From: an uncultured Chloroflexia bacterium | GTDB taxonomy: Bacteria > Chloroflexota > Limnocylindria > Limnocylindrales > CSP1-4 | Assembly (NCBI GenBank): GCA_963775855.1 | Contig: CAVZKO010000008.1 | Coordinates: forward strand, 3,422-67,421 | Length of the DNA: 64,000 bases | Direction: 5' to 3' | Shown: one piece after another, positions 1-10,525 of the stretch | Position numbering within the stretch: position 1 is the first letter of the stretch | Layout of the letters: the number at the start of each line of letters is the position of its first letter | Position numbers and translations under genes: made by a program | The notes under the pieces: generated by a model | What the model was told of the DNA's origin: nothing | Seen by the model: the letters and a program-made list of their open reading frames with translations, nothing else | Database searches by the model: none

Positions 1-441
1 GCCGCCCTGTGCGGCTGCCACGAGGCAGTGCTGCCGCTCCAGCCGCACGGGCTGGACGCTTCGGGGGTCGATCCGGTCCTCGAGGAAATGGCCCGGATCA
101 GGCGGCAGCTCAACCCCGGCCTCGTCCTGACCGGCATCGTCATTGGTCGTGTCAGCCGAACGAATCACGCCCGGGACGTCATGGCGTGGCTCCGACAGAC
201 CTACGGACGCGACGTGTTCGAGCCCACGATTCGCGACAGCATCCGGGTGCCCGAGGCGGCGACGGCCGGACTCCCCGTCACTGCCTTTGCGCCGGATGCG
301 AAGGTGGCCGCCGATGTCCGCGGTGTCGCCGACGAACTCATTGCGCGCGACCCCGACCCGCCGCCCGCCCACGCGGACGATGCCGATGGGCAGGCCGGCT
401 GGCGAGGCCTGATGGGCCGGCTGGTCGGATCGCGGTCCTGA
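1..441 (+). CDS. ParA/Soj family ATPase, C-terminal part (5' truncated by window edge)
   Basis: Frame is open from base 1: AALCGCHEAVLPLQP...LTGIVIGRV...RDVFEPTIRDSIRVPEAATAGLPVTAFAPDAKVAADVRGVADEL, a typical ParA C-terminal pattern. Confidence 0.8.
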   Translation, partial: AALCGCHEAVLPLQPHGLDASGVDPVLEEMARIRRQLNPGLVLTGIVIGRVSRTNHARDVMAWLRQTYGRDVFEPTIRDSIRVPEAATAGLPVTAFAPDAKVAADVRGVADELIARDPDPPPAHADDADGQAGWRGLMGRLVGSRS

Positions 442-477
442 TACTGCCCCGGCCCCGCGGGCCGGACTCGCCCGGTC

Positions 478-1308
478 CTACTCGACGATCACGCCGGTGA
501 GGTCCTCGGTCGGCTCCGGATAGCGCGGATCGAGGTCGTCGAGCGTGTCGGCCAGGATGTCGCTGACGGCGAGGTTGCGGAACCACTTCTTGTTCGATGG
601 GATGACGTACCACGGCGCCTTGTCCGTCGAGCAGCGCGACAACGCGTCCTCGTAGGCCGCGATGTACTCGTCCCAGTGCTTCCGCTCCTCGAGGTCGCCC
701 AGCCGGAACTTCCAGCGCTTGGTGGGATCGTCCAGCCGGGCCTGGAAGCGCTCGCGCTGCTCGTCGCGGTCGATGTAGAGGAAGAACTTGACGATCGTCG
801 TGCCCTCGTCGGCGAGCAGCTGCTCGAAGGCGTTGATCTGGTCGTAGCGGCGTGACCAGACGGCTTTCGGGACGATGTCGTGGACGCGCACGACGAGGAC
901 GTCCTCGTAATGCGAGCGGTTGAAGACGCCGATCTCGCCCTTGCCGGGGACGCGCCGGTGGATCCGCCAGAGGTAGTCATGTGCCAGCTCCTCGGCGGAT
1001 GGCACCTTGAACGCGGTGACGGGACAGCCCTGCGGGTTGAACGCGCCCATCACGTGGCGGAGCGTGCCGTCCTTGCCGGCGGCGTCGATTCCCTGGAGGA
1101 CGATGAGGACCCGATGCTTGCCCTCGGCCCAGAGGCGGTCCTGGAGATCCGTCAGCCGGGCGAGGCCGGTCTCGAGCTCCTCGGCCGCAGCATCCTTCGA
1201 CCGCCCGTAGGTCGCCGCCGGATCGACCTTCGCCAGGTCGAGGCGCGTGCCCGGACGGACGCGGAGGGCGGCGCGCAGGTCGGCGGGGTCGGCGGGCGAT
1301 CGGGCCAT
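478..1308 (-). CDS. ppk2: Polyphosphate kinase 2 (class III-like)
   Basis: Walker A LQGIDAAGKDG, FNRSHYEDVLVVRV, KFFLYIDRDEQRERF, lid region KRWKF. Confidence 0.93.
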   Translation of the reverse strand: MARSPADPADLRAALRVRPGTRLDLAKVDPAATYGRSKDAAAEELETGLARLTDLQDRLWAEGKHRVLIVLQGIDAAGKDGTLRHVMGAFNPQGCPVTAFKVPSAEELAHDYLWRIHRRVPGKGEIGVFNRSHYEDVLVVRVHDIVPKAVWSRRYDQINAFEQLLADEGTTIVKFFLYIDRDEQRERFQARLDDPTKRWKFRLGDLEERKHWDEYIAAYEDALSRCSTDKAPWYVIPSNKKWFRNLAVSDILADTLDDLDPRYPEPTEDLTGVIVE

Positions 1309-1352
1309 CGGCTGTAGGATGACACGCAGGCCACACGCATGGAGTTCTTCCG

Positions 1353-2797
1353 ATGACGACCACCGCCGGCACCAAGCCGCACCCGATCTTCCTCGCCGGC
1401 CGCTGGGTCGAATCGGACGATCCGCTGGTCGTCACGAACCCGGCCAATCCGGACGAGCCGGCCGGCGCAACGTTCAATGCCAGCGAGGCCCAGTACGAGG
1501 AAGCGGTCGAGGCGGCCGTCGCGGCCTTCGAGGTGACCCGGACGCTGCCAGCCTACGAGCGCGGCGCGATCCTGCGGAACATCAGCGCCGGGATCAAGGC
1601 TCGCCGCGAGGAGCTCGGCAAGATCATGGCCCGCGAGGCCGGCAAACCGATCCGGGACGCGCTCATCGAGGTCGATCGGGCGGTCATCACGTTCCGGCTC
1701 GGCGCCGAGGAGGCGGAGCGGATGGTCGGCGAGACGATCCCGCTCGACCTCATGCCGGCGTCGAAGGGCCGCGTCGGCATCACCCGCCGCTTCCCGATCG
1801 GCCCGATCGCCGGGATCAGCCCGTTCAACTTCCCGCTCAACCTCGCCGCCCACAAGGTGTCGCCGGCGATCGCCTCGGGCAACACGATCGTCCTCAAGCC
1901 GCCGTCGAAGGACCCGCTCACGATGCTGACGGTCGCCGAGATCATCGAGGAGGCCGGCCCGCCGGCCGGTTCGGTCAGCATCCTGCCGATGACCCGCGAG
2001 CTCGGCGACAAGATGGTCGCTGACGAGCGCTTCAAGCTCCTGACGTTCACCGGCAGCCCGTCGGTCGGCTGGCGGATGAAGGAACGGGCCGGCAAGAAGA
2101 AGGTCGTCCTGGAGCTGGGCGGCAACGCCGGGGTCATCGTCGACAAGTCGGCCGACCTCGACTGGGCCGTCCGCCGGCTGCTCGTCGGTGCGTTCACGTA
2201 TGCCGGTCAGGTCTGCATCAGCGTCCAGCGGATGTTCGTCCACGAGGACATCTGGGACGAGCTGATGAAGCGCTTCGTCGAGGGCGCGAAGTCAATCAAG
2301 ATGGGCGATCCGCTCGATCCGGAGACGGAGCTCGGGCCGATGGTCGACGGGGCCGCCGCCGAGCGCACCCAGCGCTGGGTCGACGAGGCGGTGGCGATGG
2401 GCGGCAAGATCCTGCTGGGCGGCAAGGCCGACGGCAACTTCTTCCCGCCGACGATCCTCACGGACGTCCCACCGACGGCCCAGGTCTGCTCGAACGAGGC
2501 GTTCGCCCCGCTCGCCGTCGCCTTCCGGTTCAACGACTTCGGCGACGCGATCAACCAGGTCAACGACTCGATGTTCGGGCTGCAGACGGGCGTGTTCACG
2601 AACGATCTCGCCAACTCGTGGCGGGCGTTCAACGAGCTCGAGGTCGGCGGGGTGATCGTCAACGACGTGCCGACCTACCGGATCGACCACATGCCCTACG
2701 GCGGGGTCAAGGATCGGGCCTCGGCCGGGAGGGCCTCCGCTGGGCGATCGAGGACATGACCGAAATCCGAATCATGGTGCTGGCCCAGCCGGGATAA
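1353..2797 (+). CDS. Aldehyde dehydrogenase family protein (apparent 1-nt frameshift near 2714)
   Basis: PFNFP, FTGS, catalytic LELGGN and GQVCIS. The conserved tail GGVKD(S)GLGREGLRWAIEDMTEIRIMVLAQPG continues in a shifted frame to TAA at 2795-2797. Confidence 0.9.
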
Positions 2798-2833
2798 CGT
2801 CCGGCTCCCTGGTCCGCGTAAATGGGGCTCCCT

Positions 2834-2994
2834 GGTCCGCCAGCCGGACCAACGGACGATCGGGACTCTCGACCTGGCCCGATTCGGCCTGCTCCACCGT
2901 CTACTGGTCCGGCAGCCGGACCACTAGACGATCAGAAGCTCGAATCCGGGCCCGACGGAGCCGCTCGCTCGTCCGTTGGTCCGCGAGCCGGACC
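2834..2994. repeat. Triple-hairpin repeat, copy 1
   Basis: Three GGTCCG-N5-CGGACC palindromes at 2834-2850, 2906-2922 and 2978-2994, 72-bp period. Confidence 0.9.
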
Positions 2995-3008
2995 GCGTGC
3001 CGACGGGT

Positions 3009-3671
3009 TCAGAGGATGATGATTCCCCCGCGTCCAGGATCGGTTCCTGCACTCAGCGCCGCCATCATCTCGCGAGTGCGGGCCGGCATCAGGTCGTCCA
3101 ATCCCACTCCGATCGACGCCAGAGCCCGACGATTAGCCCGGGTGTCGGACACCAACAGGATCAGGTAACCACTCGGATCGTCGCGGAACTTAAGCCCGAG
3201 GCGCCGCTCCAGTGCCTGTCCATCGGCGATCCGCGTCTCAGCTTCGACGCGGGCCCGCCACGGCGTCGGATGGCGACAGGTGATCTCCGCATCCCATGCC
3301 CGCAGGTCGCCCTCGATGGGAAGCGGCACCTCGGTTCGCCACCGTAGGCTCGGGTGAAGTCGTGCCCGGAGGCGGTCGAGGAGCTGCAGCTGTGCGCGAT
3401 CTCGGATCGGGTCACCGGCTGGGTAGGCTCGAAGGCCCAGGTCGAGACCCACGACTGCGCACCACGCTCCGAGCTCGGCGATCGACACGCGCTCCAACTC
3501 CCCTCGCTCGAAGCGCAAGAGCTGTTGATGCGAAGCGGTTGACGCGGCCGCGACCTCCCGAAGGCTGAGGCCGGCGCCCACGCGCGCCAGACGATGTTCC
3601 TGCCCCAAACGCCTGAAGGCGTCCTTCGCGCGTCGGCGCCCTCGATCCGGCGGTCGCTCGCGGGTTCCCAT
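3009..3671 (-). CDS. XRE-family HTH fused to a PD-(D/E)XK / Vsr-DUF559-like nuclease domain
   Basis: N-terminal RLARVGAGLSLREVAAASTASHQQLLRFERG (XRE HTH). C-terminal RWRTEVPLP...RAWDAEI...RVEAETRI resembles a restriction-like nuclease core. Confidence 0.65.
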   Translation of the reverse strand: MGTRERPPDRGRRRAKDAFRRLGQEHRLARVGAGLSLREVAAASTASHQQLLRFERGELERVSIAELGAWCAVVGLDLGLRAYPAGDPIRDRAQLQLLDRLRARLHPSLRWRTEVPLPIEGDLRAWDAEITCRHPTPWRARVEAETRIADGQALERRLGLKFRDDPSGYLILLVSDTRANRRALASIGVGLDDLMPARTREMMAALSAGTDPGRGGIIIL

Positions 3672-3718
3672 GCTCGCATCATCCGACGCTGGGCTTTACC
3701 GGCGCTTTACTGACACCC

Positions 3719-3880
3719 GGTCCGCCAGCCGGACCAACGGACGAACGGGCGAGTCGAACCGGGCCGAATCGACCCGCTCCTCCGTCTGTTGGTCCGGTGG
3801 CCGGACCAATACACGAACGAAGCATGGAATCCCGGCCCGGATGAGCCGCCCCGTCCGCTCGTTGGTCCGCGAGCCGGACC
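3719..3880. repeat. Triple-hairpin repeat, copy 2
   Basis: Palindromes at 3719-3735, 3791-3807 and 3864-3880. The first 26 nt (GGTCCGCCAGCCGGACCAACGGACGA) are identical to copies 1 and 3. Confidence 0.9.
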
Positions 3881-3903
3881 AAGGGCCCGAGATCAGAGAA
3901 GTG

Positions 3904-3933
3904 ACGAACCCGCCGGTCGCCCGGCGGGTTCGT
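3904..3933 (-). terminator. GC-rich hairpin, probable terminator of the 5858-3957 gene
   Basis: Perfect 13-bp stem ACGAACCCGCCGG-tcgc-CCGGCGGGTTCGT, about 23 nt past the stop codon. Confidence 0.65.
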
Positions 3934-3956
3934 TCTGCGACTAGCTCCGAGGGAGC

Positions 3957-5858
3957 CTAGGACCGCTGCATCACGAAGAACGCGTCGACGGCGAACCATG
4001 GCCGGCCCGACGTCCGGAGGACGCGGACCGTGACCGTATGGTCGCCGGCGGACGTGAAGATCGTCTGGAGGATTCGTCTCGCCCGGAAGCTTGACGAATA
4101 GGTATCGATGGTGACCAGCAGCGCACCGTCCAGGTAGACGTCCGCCTTGCCCCGGGTCGGACCGGTGGGCCCGACGAGCCCGAAGCTCGGACCGTTGAAC
4201 GTGAACGTGACCTCCGAGCCCCTCGTCTCCGAGGCCTTCGCCTTGCCACCGAGGTAGTCGGAGTGGCCGGCGGTGACCCACGTCCCGGTGTAGGTTGCCG
4301 CCGTCTCCTGGGCGACGCTCGCGGTGAGCGTCGGTCCCGTGACCCAGGCAGAGGCCCTATCGGACTTGTCGAACGCTCGGGCCCGGTAGCGGTAGGCTCG
4401 TCCCGGCGCCACGGCGACGATCGCGGATGTCGCGGTCGCGGACGCCAGGCTGACATTTGCCCACGATCCGCCGTCGGTCGACTGCTGGAGCTGGTACAGC
4501 TTCAGCGTCGCGGCATCGCCGGTGAGCTTCCACGCCGTGTACAGCGGCACGGTCCCGGCCGCGAACGTCAAGCCTCCGGGAATCCGGGTCGACGGCTCGG
4601 TCGTTCCAACCGTGGCCGGTCCGGTAACCGGCGTCGGTATTGGCGTGGGCGTTGGCGTGGGGGTCGGGGCCGGTGTCGGGGGAGGCGTCGGGTCCGTGCC
4701 GCCGCTGGCATTCGGGCCGTAGATCCAGTCGGTGAACCCGAAGTTCTTGCCGAACCGGATCGGCGGCGAGAGCTTGTAGCTCGTGCCATACCGGGCGTCG
4801 AGCAGCCAGGTCTGCCACTCGTCATCGGCCGTCGCCGGCCACTTCGCTCGGTTGTAGAGGAATCGGACCGCTCGCAGCAGTGCCTTGTTCTCCCAGTTCC
4901 AGCTGTCGTAGCCGGCGACGCGGAGGAGCTCCGCCTGGAGAAGGGCGCCCTGCAGGCTTTCCCACGGATACCCGGTCCCGGTCGGCGGCCAGCGGAACGA
5001 ACCACCGCGGCGCATGTCGTCCGGGATGACGCCGTCAATGCTGACGCCGGCCTTCGTGCAGCCGGAGGGGTTGATTCCCACCGGTTGCGCCGCATTGCAC
5101 TGCCACGTCAGGTCGTCGCCGAAGTTGAATCCCGCGTACGTGGCGCGCGATCCGAGGAACCCCCGGAAGACCGTGGCCGCTCGCGCCATTTGCGCCGTAT
5201 CGCCGAGGTAGGCGGCGATCGCGACCCGGGCAGCGCCCGCATGGTTGCCCCAATTGTTGGGGCGCTTCTCGTGGGTTATGACGAGCGACTGCTCATCGAG
5301 GACCTTCGTGAGCAAAGAGCGAAGCCAGGGCCTGAACTTCTGGTCGTATGCGGGGTCGGCAGTCTTGAGCGAGATCAGGTCGGCCGCGATCACGAGGCTC
5401 GGCAGGTTACGTCCGAGCGCGAGCGTCCGCCCGCCGACTTCGGTGCCTTTGGCTGCCTTCAACGCCGCGATGACGGCCGTTCGATAGGCCACGGTCCCGG
5501 TCCGCGCGTACACCAGCGCCTTCGCCAGGACGGTGATGTCCGAGTTCTCGTCCTGGTCGGACAGGGTAAGGGTGCCGACGGCCTGATCGGCAACGGCCTT
5601 GAGGCCTCTCCAGGCCGCGCCGGACATCGGCTTCGTCCGAAGGGTGGCCGCCGAGACGAGCACGGGCCGTGTGGCGGCCTCAGCGCTATCAAGTCCCGGG
5701 TCGACGAACAGCTGCGAGAGGATCAACGTGGCGGCGAGAAGAACCTGTCCGACCACGATGACGCTGCGGTGACGGTTCCTGCGTGGTAGACCGAGGGTGA
5801 CTCCCCCGGCCGCTTGACGTGGTGCCCTCTGGGCGCCGTTGGGCGGAATCCCCGACAT
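3957..5858 (-). CDS. Secreted or membrane-anchored alginate-lyase-fold protein with Pro/Thr linker, FN3-like and C-terminal beta-sandwich domains (paralog A)
   Basis: ATG 5858 preceded by SD GGGAG. Hydrophobic N-terminal segment, EKRPNNWGNH motif (alpha/alpha-toroid lyase NN[HW] type), PTPTPTP linker, YRYRARA FN3-like strand, GPTGPTRG module. Confidence 0.65.
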   Translation of the reverse strand: MSGIPPNGAQRAPRQAAGGVTLGLPRRNRHRSVIVVGQVLLAATLILSQLFVDPGLDSAEAATRPVLVSAATLRTKPMSGAAWRGLKAVADQAVGTLTLSDQDENSDITVLAKALVYARTGTVAYRTAVIAALKAAKGTEVGGRTLALGRNLPSLVIAADLISLKTADPAYDQKFRPWLRSLLTKVLDEQSLVITHEKRPNNWGNHAGAARVAIAAYLGDTAQMARAATVFRGFLGSRATYAGFNFGDDLTWQCNAAQPVGINPSGCTKAGVSIDGVIPDDMRRGGSFRWPPTGTGYPWESLQGALLQAELLRVAGYDSWNWENKALLRAVRFLYNRAKWPATADDEWQTWLLDARYGTSYKLSPPIRFGKNFGFTDWIYGPNASGGTDPTPPPTPAPTPTPTPTPIPTPVTGPATVGTTEPSTRIPGGLTFAAGTVPLYTAWKLTGDAATLKLYQLQQSTDGGSWANVSLASATATSAIVAVAPGRAYRYRARAFDKSDRASAWVTGPTLTASVAQETAATYTGTWVTAGHSDYLGGKAKASETRGSEVTFTFNGPSFGLVGPTGPTRGKADVYLDGALLVTIDTYSSSFRARRILQTIFTSAGDHTVTVRVLRTSGRPWFAVDAFFVMQRS

Positions 5859-6048
5859 TCTGCTCCCTTCTACCAGAACGGCACGCTGGGGCGTGCCGAA
5901 CGAAGTTATGGCCCGGCCGCTCGGAGGGCGGGGCATTGACGGTAGAACGGGTGCTGCGCGTGACCTCGCGCCTGGGGGTCGCCCGTCCTGACCCTAGTTT
6001 GCACCGCGCGTCAAATGCGGTTCTGCCCGCGCCGCACCAACTTCTCCC

Positions 6049-6212
6049 GGTCCGCCAGCCGGACCAACGGACGAACGGGACCCTGGAAACGGGCCGAATT
6101 GACCGACCCGCACCACCGTGTGCCGGTCCTGTAGCCGGACCAAGTGACGACCGAAGCCGGGAATCCGGGCTACCTGGAGCATCCCACCGCTCGTTGGTCC
6201 GCCAGCCGGACC
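6049..6212. repeat. Triple-hairpin repeat, copy 3 (no adjacent nuclease gene)
   Basis: Palindromes at 6049-6065, 6125-6141 (imperfect) and 6196-6212, same orientation as copies 1 and 2. Confidence 0.88.
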
Positions 6213-6288
6213 AGGCGCCGACGGATGGAGCGTCCCGTCGCCCGGGACGCTTGGATCGACGGTACGGCGGGCGCATCATGCTCCGGCG

Positions 6289-7465
6289 ATGGACCTGACG
6301 CTTGATCCAGGGCAACTGGAGTTGCAGGCACGTGCGCGGGCGTTCGTCACGGAGGTGCTCCAGCCGCTCGAGGAGGAGTTCGAGCGGGCGGTGGGCGGCT
6401 GTCGCGGAAACAGGGCGAGCGACCTGCGCTCGGCCGCGATCGAGGCCCGGCTCCAGGGCGGCTCGTTGCCGCGGGAGGTCGGCGGCCAGGGCTGGACGGT
6501 CCTCGAGCAGGTCATCGTCCACGAGCAGCTGGGCCAGGTGACGGGCGGGCTCTGGTCGTACATCCCGGGCGCCTACAACGCGCTCGTCCACGCGACGCCG
6601 GAGCAGCGCGCGCGCTACCTCGATCCGTCGCTCCGCGGCGAGCGATCCGGCAGTTACGCCGTCACCGAGGATGCCGCCGGCTCCGACGCTCGGACCCTCG
6701 CGGCGACCGCGATGCGAGACAAGGCCACCGGGGACTACATCCTCAACGGCGAGAAGTGGTTCGTCACCGGCCCCGACGACACCGACTTCATGATCTTCCA
6801 CTGCGTCATGGTCGACGGCGACAAGCGGCTGCCGACGCTCTTCCTCGTCGACTACGAAACGCCCGGTCGTCACGATGAAGCACGACCCGGACTTCATGCA
6901 CACGTTCGCCGACCGCCATCCGCAGTTCGTCCTCGAGGACGTCCGCGTGCCGGCGACAGCAGTCCTGGGCGGCGTGGGGGAGGCCGACGCGCTGACGAAC
7001 GAGTGGTTCGTCGAGGAACGGATCCACATCGGGGCGCGCTGCAGCGGGGCGATGGAGCGGCTGCTCTCGCTGGCGGTCGAATGGGCGACCGGCCGGCGAC
7101 AGTTCGGCGAGCGGATCTACGACTTCCAGGGCGTTTCGTTCCCGCTCGCCGACTCGGCTGCCGACGCGTCCGCCGCGCGGCTGCTCACCCGCGAGGCCGC
7201 CTGGCTCGCGGACACCGGCGCGGACCAGAAGGTCGTCCACGCCAAGGCCTCGCTCGCCAAGCTGTTCGCGTCGGAGGCCGCGTTTCGGTGCGCCGATCGG
7301 GTCGTCCAGGTCTTCGGTGGCCGCGGCTATATGCGCGAGTTCCCGGCCGAGCGCTTCTTCCGCGAGCTGCGGGTCGACCGGATCTGGGAGGGCACCTCGG
7401 AGATCCAGCGACTGATCGTCGCCCGGGCGATGGAGAAGCGCGGCGTGTCGAGGGTCGTCGGATGA
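6289..7465 (+). CDS. Acyl-CoA dehydrogenase (frameshift near 6867)
   Basis: YAVTEDAAGSDA and LNGEKWFVT in the first frame. QFGERIYDFQGVSF, QVFGGRGYMRE and RIWEGTSEIQR in the second frame. Confidence 0.9.
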
Positions 7466-9692
7466 GCACCGGGGCCGGCGCCGAGGCGAAGGCCGCGCCG
7501 CCGACGCCGCGAACGATCGACCTTCGGCCCCTTTTCGCCCCGCGATCCATCGCCGTCGTCGGAGCCTCGCCGCGGAGTGGCATCGCCAATATCGTCCAGC
7601 ACAACCTGACGGTCATGAAGAGCGCGACCCGCTGCCACTTCGTCAACCCGCGCTACGAGGAGCTGCTACGACCAGCCCTGCTACCCCTCGCTCGACGCGC
7701 TGCCGGAGATCCCGGACACCGTGCTCGTGGCGCTCAACCCGCTCCGGGCGGCCGCCGTCACCGAGGAGGCGGCCCTGGCCGGCGTCCCGAGCGTGATCAT
7801 CCCGGGCGGCGGCGTCGTCGAGGGCGGCGAGGCGGCGGCCCAGATGCAGCGCGACGTCCGGGAGATCGCGATCCGCCACGGGATCGCCCTCCTCGGCCCG
7901 AATTGCATGGGCATGATCGACCTGACGACGAACGCGGCCACCTATATCGGCGACGTGAATCCCTGGCTGCCGCGGGGCGGCGTCGCGGGAATCGCCCAGT
8001 CCGGCTCGGTGACGGACGCGTTCATCCACTCCGGGTCGCGGATCGGCTTCTCGCGGGTCATCGGCTGCGGCAGCGAGGTCGTCCTCGATGCCTGCGACTT
8101 CCTCGCCTACTGCCTCGACGACCCCGAGACCCACTCGGTCATCCTGTTCATGGAGGGCTTCAAGCGGCCGGAGCGGTTCCTCGCCCTCGCCGATCACGCA
8201 CTGGAGCTCGGCAAGCCGATCATGGTCGTCAAGGTTGGCCGCAGTCCGCAGGCGCAGGCCGCGGCGGTCGCCCATTCGGGCTCGCTCGCGGGCGAGGACC
8301 GGGCAACCGATGCCGCCCTGCGGGCCGCGGGCGTCATCCGCTGCGACGACCTCGACGAGCTGCTGGAGACCTCGGAGCTCGTCGCCGGCTGCCGGCGGCT
8401 CGGGCGGAGCGTGGGTCGCGGTCGGACGGGTGTCGTGACCGTGTCGACGGGCGAGGCCTCACTCATCGCCGACCTCGCGCCGCGAACCGGCATCGATCTG
8501 CCACCGGTCCCGGCGGAGACCCGCGCCCGGCTGCTGCGTGACCTCCCGACGCTCGGCTACGTCGGCAACCCGCTGGACCCGTGGGGCGCGACGGACCCGA
8601 CGACGGCCTACGCCGCGGCGTTCGATGCGTTCGCCGACTCCGGCGCCTACGACGTCCTCGCGATCGTCCACGACTTCCCGTACCGATCCCTTCCCGGCGA
8701 GGTCGAGGTCGCGCACGACGTGACCGACGAGCTGATCCGCGCGACGTCGGATCGTCCCGAGCTCATGCCGGTCTACATCTCGCTCACCTCGGGCGAGCCG
8801 CCGCCCGAGACGAAGCGCCATCTCGACGAAGCAGGCGGCGTGCCGATTCTCCGGGGGACCGTCGAGGCGTTCACAGCGATCGCCTCGCTGGCCGACTGGG
8901 AGGGCGCCCGAACCCGACGGCTGGACGCGGGCCCGATCCGAACGGGCTGGCCTGCCCTGGCCTCCGACCGGACGCCGTGGGGGTATGACAGCGACCGGGA
9001 AACCGGGAGCGCGCCCGGCACCGGTGACGCCCGCGCGCTCCCCGAGCGCGAGAGCCTGGCCCTCCTCGCCGCCGCCGGGATCCCGGTCGTGTCGGCCCGC
9101 TGCCGCCGCCGACGCCGATGCCGCCGTTGCGGCCGCCGCCGAGATCGGGGGCAGCGTCGCCCTCAAGCTCGACGCCGAGGGCCTCGCCCACAAGAGCGAC
9201 GTCGGCGCCGTGAGGCTGGACCTGGCCGGCGACGACGCGGTCCGCGAGGCGGCGGACGAGCTGCTCGCGCTCGGCGCGCGGCTGGCGGCCGCCGGGACGG
9301 CGACGATCAGGGGCCTGCTCGTCGAGCCGATGGCGCCGCCCGGCCTCGAGCTCATCGCCGGCGTCAGCCGCGACCCGCAGTTCGGCCCGATCGTCCTCGT
9401 CGGGATCGGCGGCGTCCTCGCCGAGGTCCTCGACGACGTCGCCCTCCGCCTCGCACCGGTGCCCCTGAGCGAGGCACTGGCGATGCTGGCGGAGCTCCGC
9501 GGCGCCAAACTCCTGGACGTCACGAGGGGCCGGCCGGCGATCGATCGCGAGGCCGTCGCCGCGATCCTCGTCGCGCTCGGGGCGCTGGCGGTGGAACGCC
9601 CGGACATCAGGGCGATCGATCTCAACCCCGTCATCGCCGGCCCCGACTCCGCGATCGCGGTCGACGCCCTCGTCGTCCTGGAGCCCGGATGA
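7462..9692 (+). CDS. ADP-forming acyl-CoA synthetase (acetate-CoA ligase family; CoA-binding plus ATP-grasp), frameshifts near 7666 and 9097
   Basis: LFAPRSIAVVGAS, LGPNCMG, AQSGS, KVGRS...HSGSLAG, GNPLD, ALKL...HKSDVGAV, DPQFGP, DLNPV spread over three frames. ATGA overlap with the upstream gene. Confidence 0.88.
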
Positions 9693-10525
9693 GCGGCGAC
9701 ACCGACCTCGTCCTGCGCGAGCCGACGTCGTGGGGCGTCCGCCTCACGCTCAATCGGCCGGCAAAGCTCAACGCGATCAGCAAGGAGCTGCGCGAGGCGC
9801 TCACCGAGGCGATCGAGGCGGCGACGAACGACGACGCCGTCCGGGTCATCGCCATCGCCGGAGCCGGCCGCGCGTTCTGCGCGGGCTACGATCTGTCCGA
9901 GGGCCAGCCGGAGAGTGCCTGGGAGTGGCGCGCAGTCCTCGGCGAGGACGTCGCCGCGACGCTCGCCGTCTGGCGCTGCCCGAAGCCGGTGATTGCCCAG
10001 GTCCACGGTTACGCCCTGGCGGGCGGCCTCGAGCTGGCGATGGCCTGCGACCTCATCGTCGCCTCAGACGATGCACGGCTCGGCGAGCCGGAGATCCGGT
10101 TCGGATCGGCGCCCGTGACCCTCCTGATGCCGTTCCTCATCGGCCAGAAGAAGACCCGCGAGCTGTTGATGACGGGCGACCTAATCGACGCCCGCGAGGC
10201 GGAGCGGATCGGCCTCGTCAACCGCGTCGTTCCCGCCGGGCAGCTCGTCGCGGAGGTCGATGCGCTGGCGGATCGCCTCGCCCGGGTCCCGCCAGACGTC
10301 ATGGCCCCGACGAAGTTGATGCTCAACCGGGCGATGGAGGTCGCCGGCTTCGCCGACGCGGTCGAACTGGGGCTCGACATCCAGTCGTTCATCAACATGT
10401 CGGAGACGTCTCGGGCGTTCGACGAGATCGTCCGGCGCGACGGGCTCAAGGCCGCCCTAGCCTGGCGCGACGAGCGCTACGACGAGCGCCTTCGCGACAC
10501 CGGGAAGGCGCCAGACACAGCCTGA
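9689..10525 (+). CDS. Enoyl-CoA hydratase/isomerase family protein
   Basis: LTLNRPAKLNAIS, FCAGYDL, KPVIAQVHGYALAGGLELAMACD, GEPEIRFG. ATGA overlap at 9689. Confidence 0.92.
   Translation: MSGDTDLVLREPTSWGVRLTLNRPAKLNAISKELREALTEAIEAATNDDAVRVIAIAGAGRAFCAGYDLSEGQPESAWEWRAVLGEDVAATLAVWRCPKPVIAQVHGYALAGGLELAMACDLIVASDDARLGEPEIRFGSAPVTLLMPFLIGQKKTRELLMTGDLIDAREAERIGLVNRVVPAGQLVAEVDALADRLARVPPDVMAPTKLMLNRAMEVAGFADAVELGLDIQSFINMSETSRAFDEIVRRDGLKAALAWRDERYDERLRDTGKAPDTA

Noticed and set aside
2834-6212. CRISPR interpretation of the palindromic 72-bp-period repeats
   Set aside because: Only three 17-bp units per locus. Linkers are homologous between loci and to each other rather than unique spacers. 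No cas genes or leader.
7721-10525. 934-aa acyl-CoA ligase / enoyl-CoA hydratase fusion ORF
   Set aside because: Artefact of the frameshift near 9097. The ligase ATP-grasp domain continues in another frame to 9692, and the hydratase has its own ATG (9689) in ATGA coupling.
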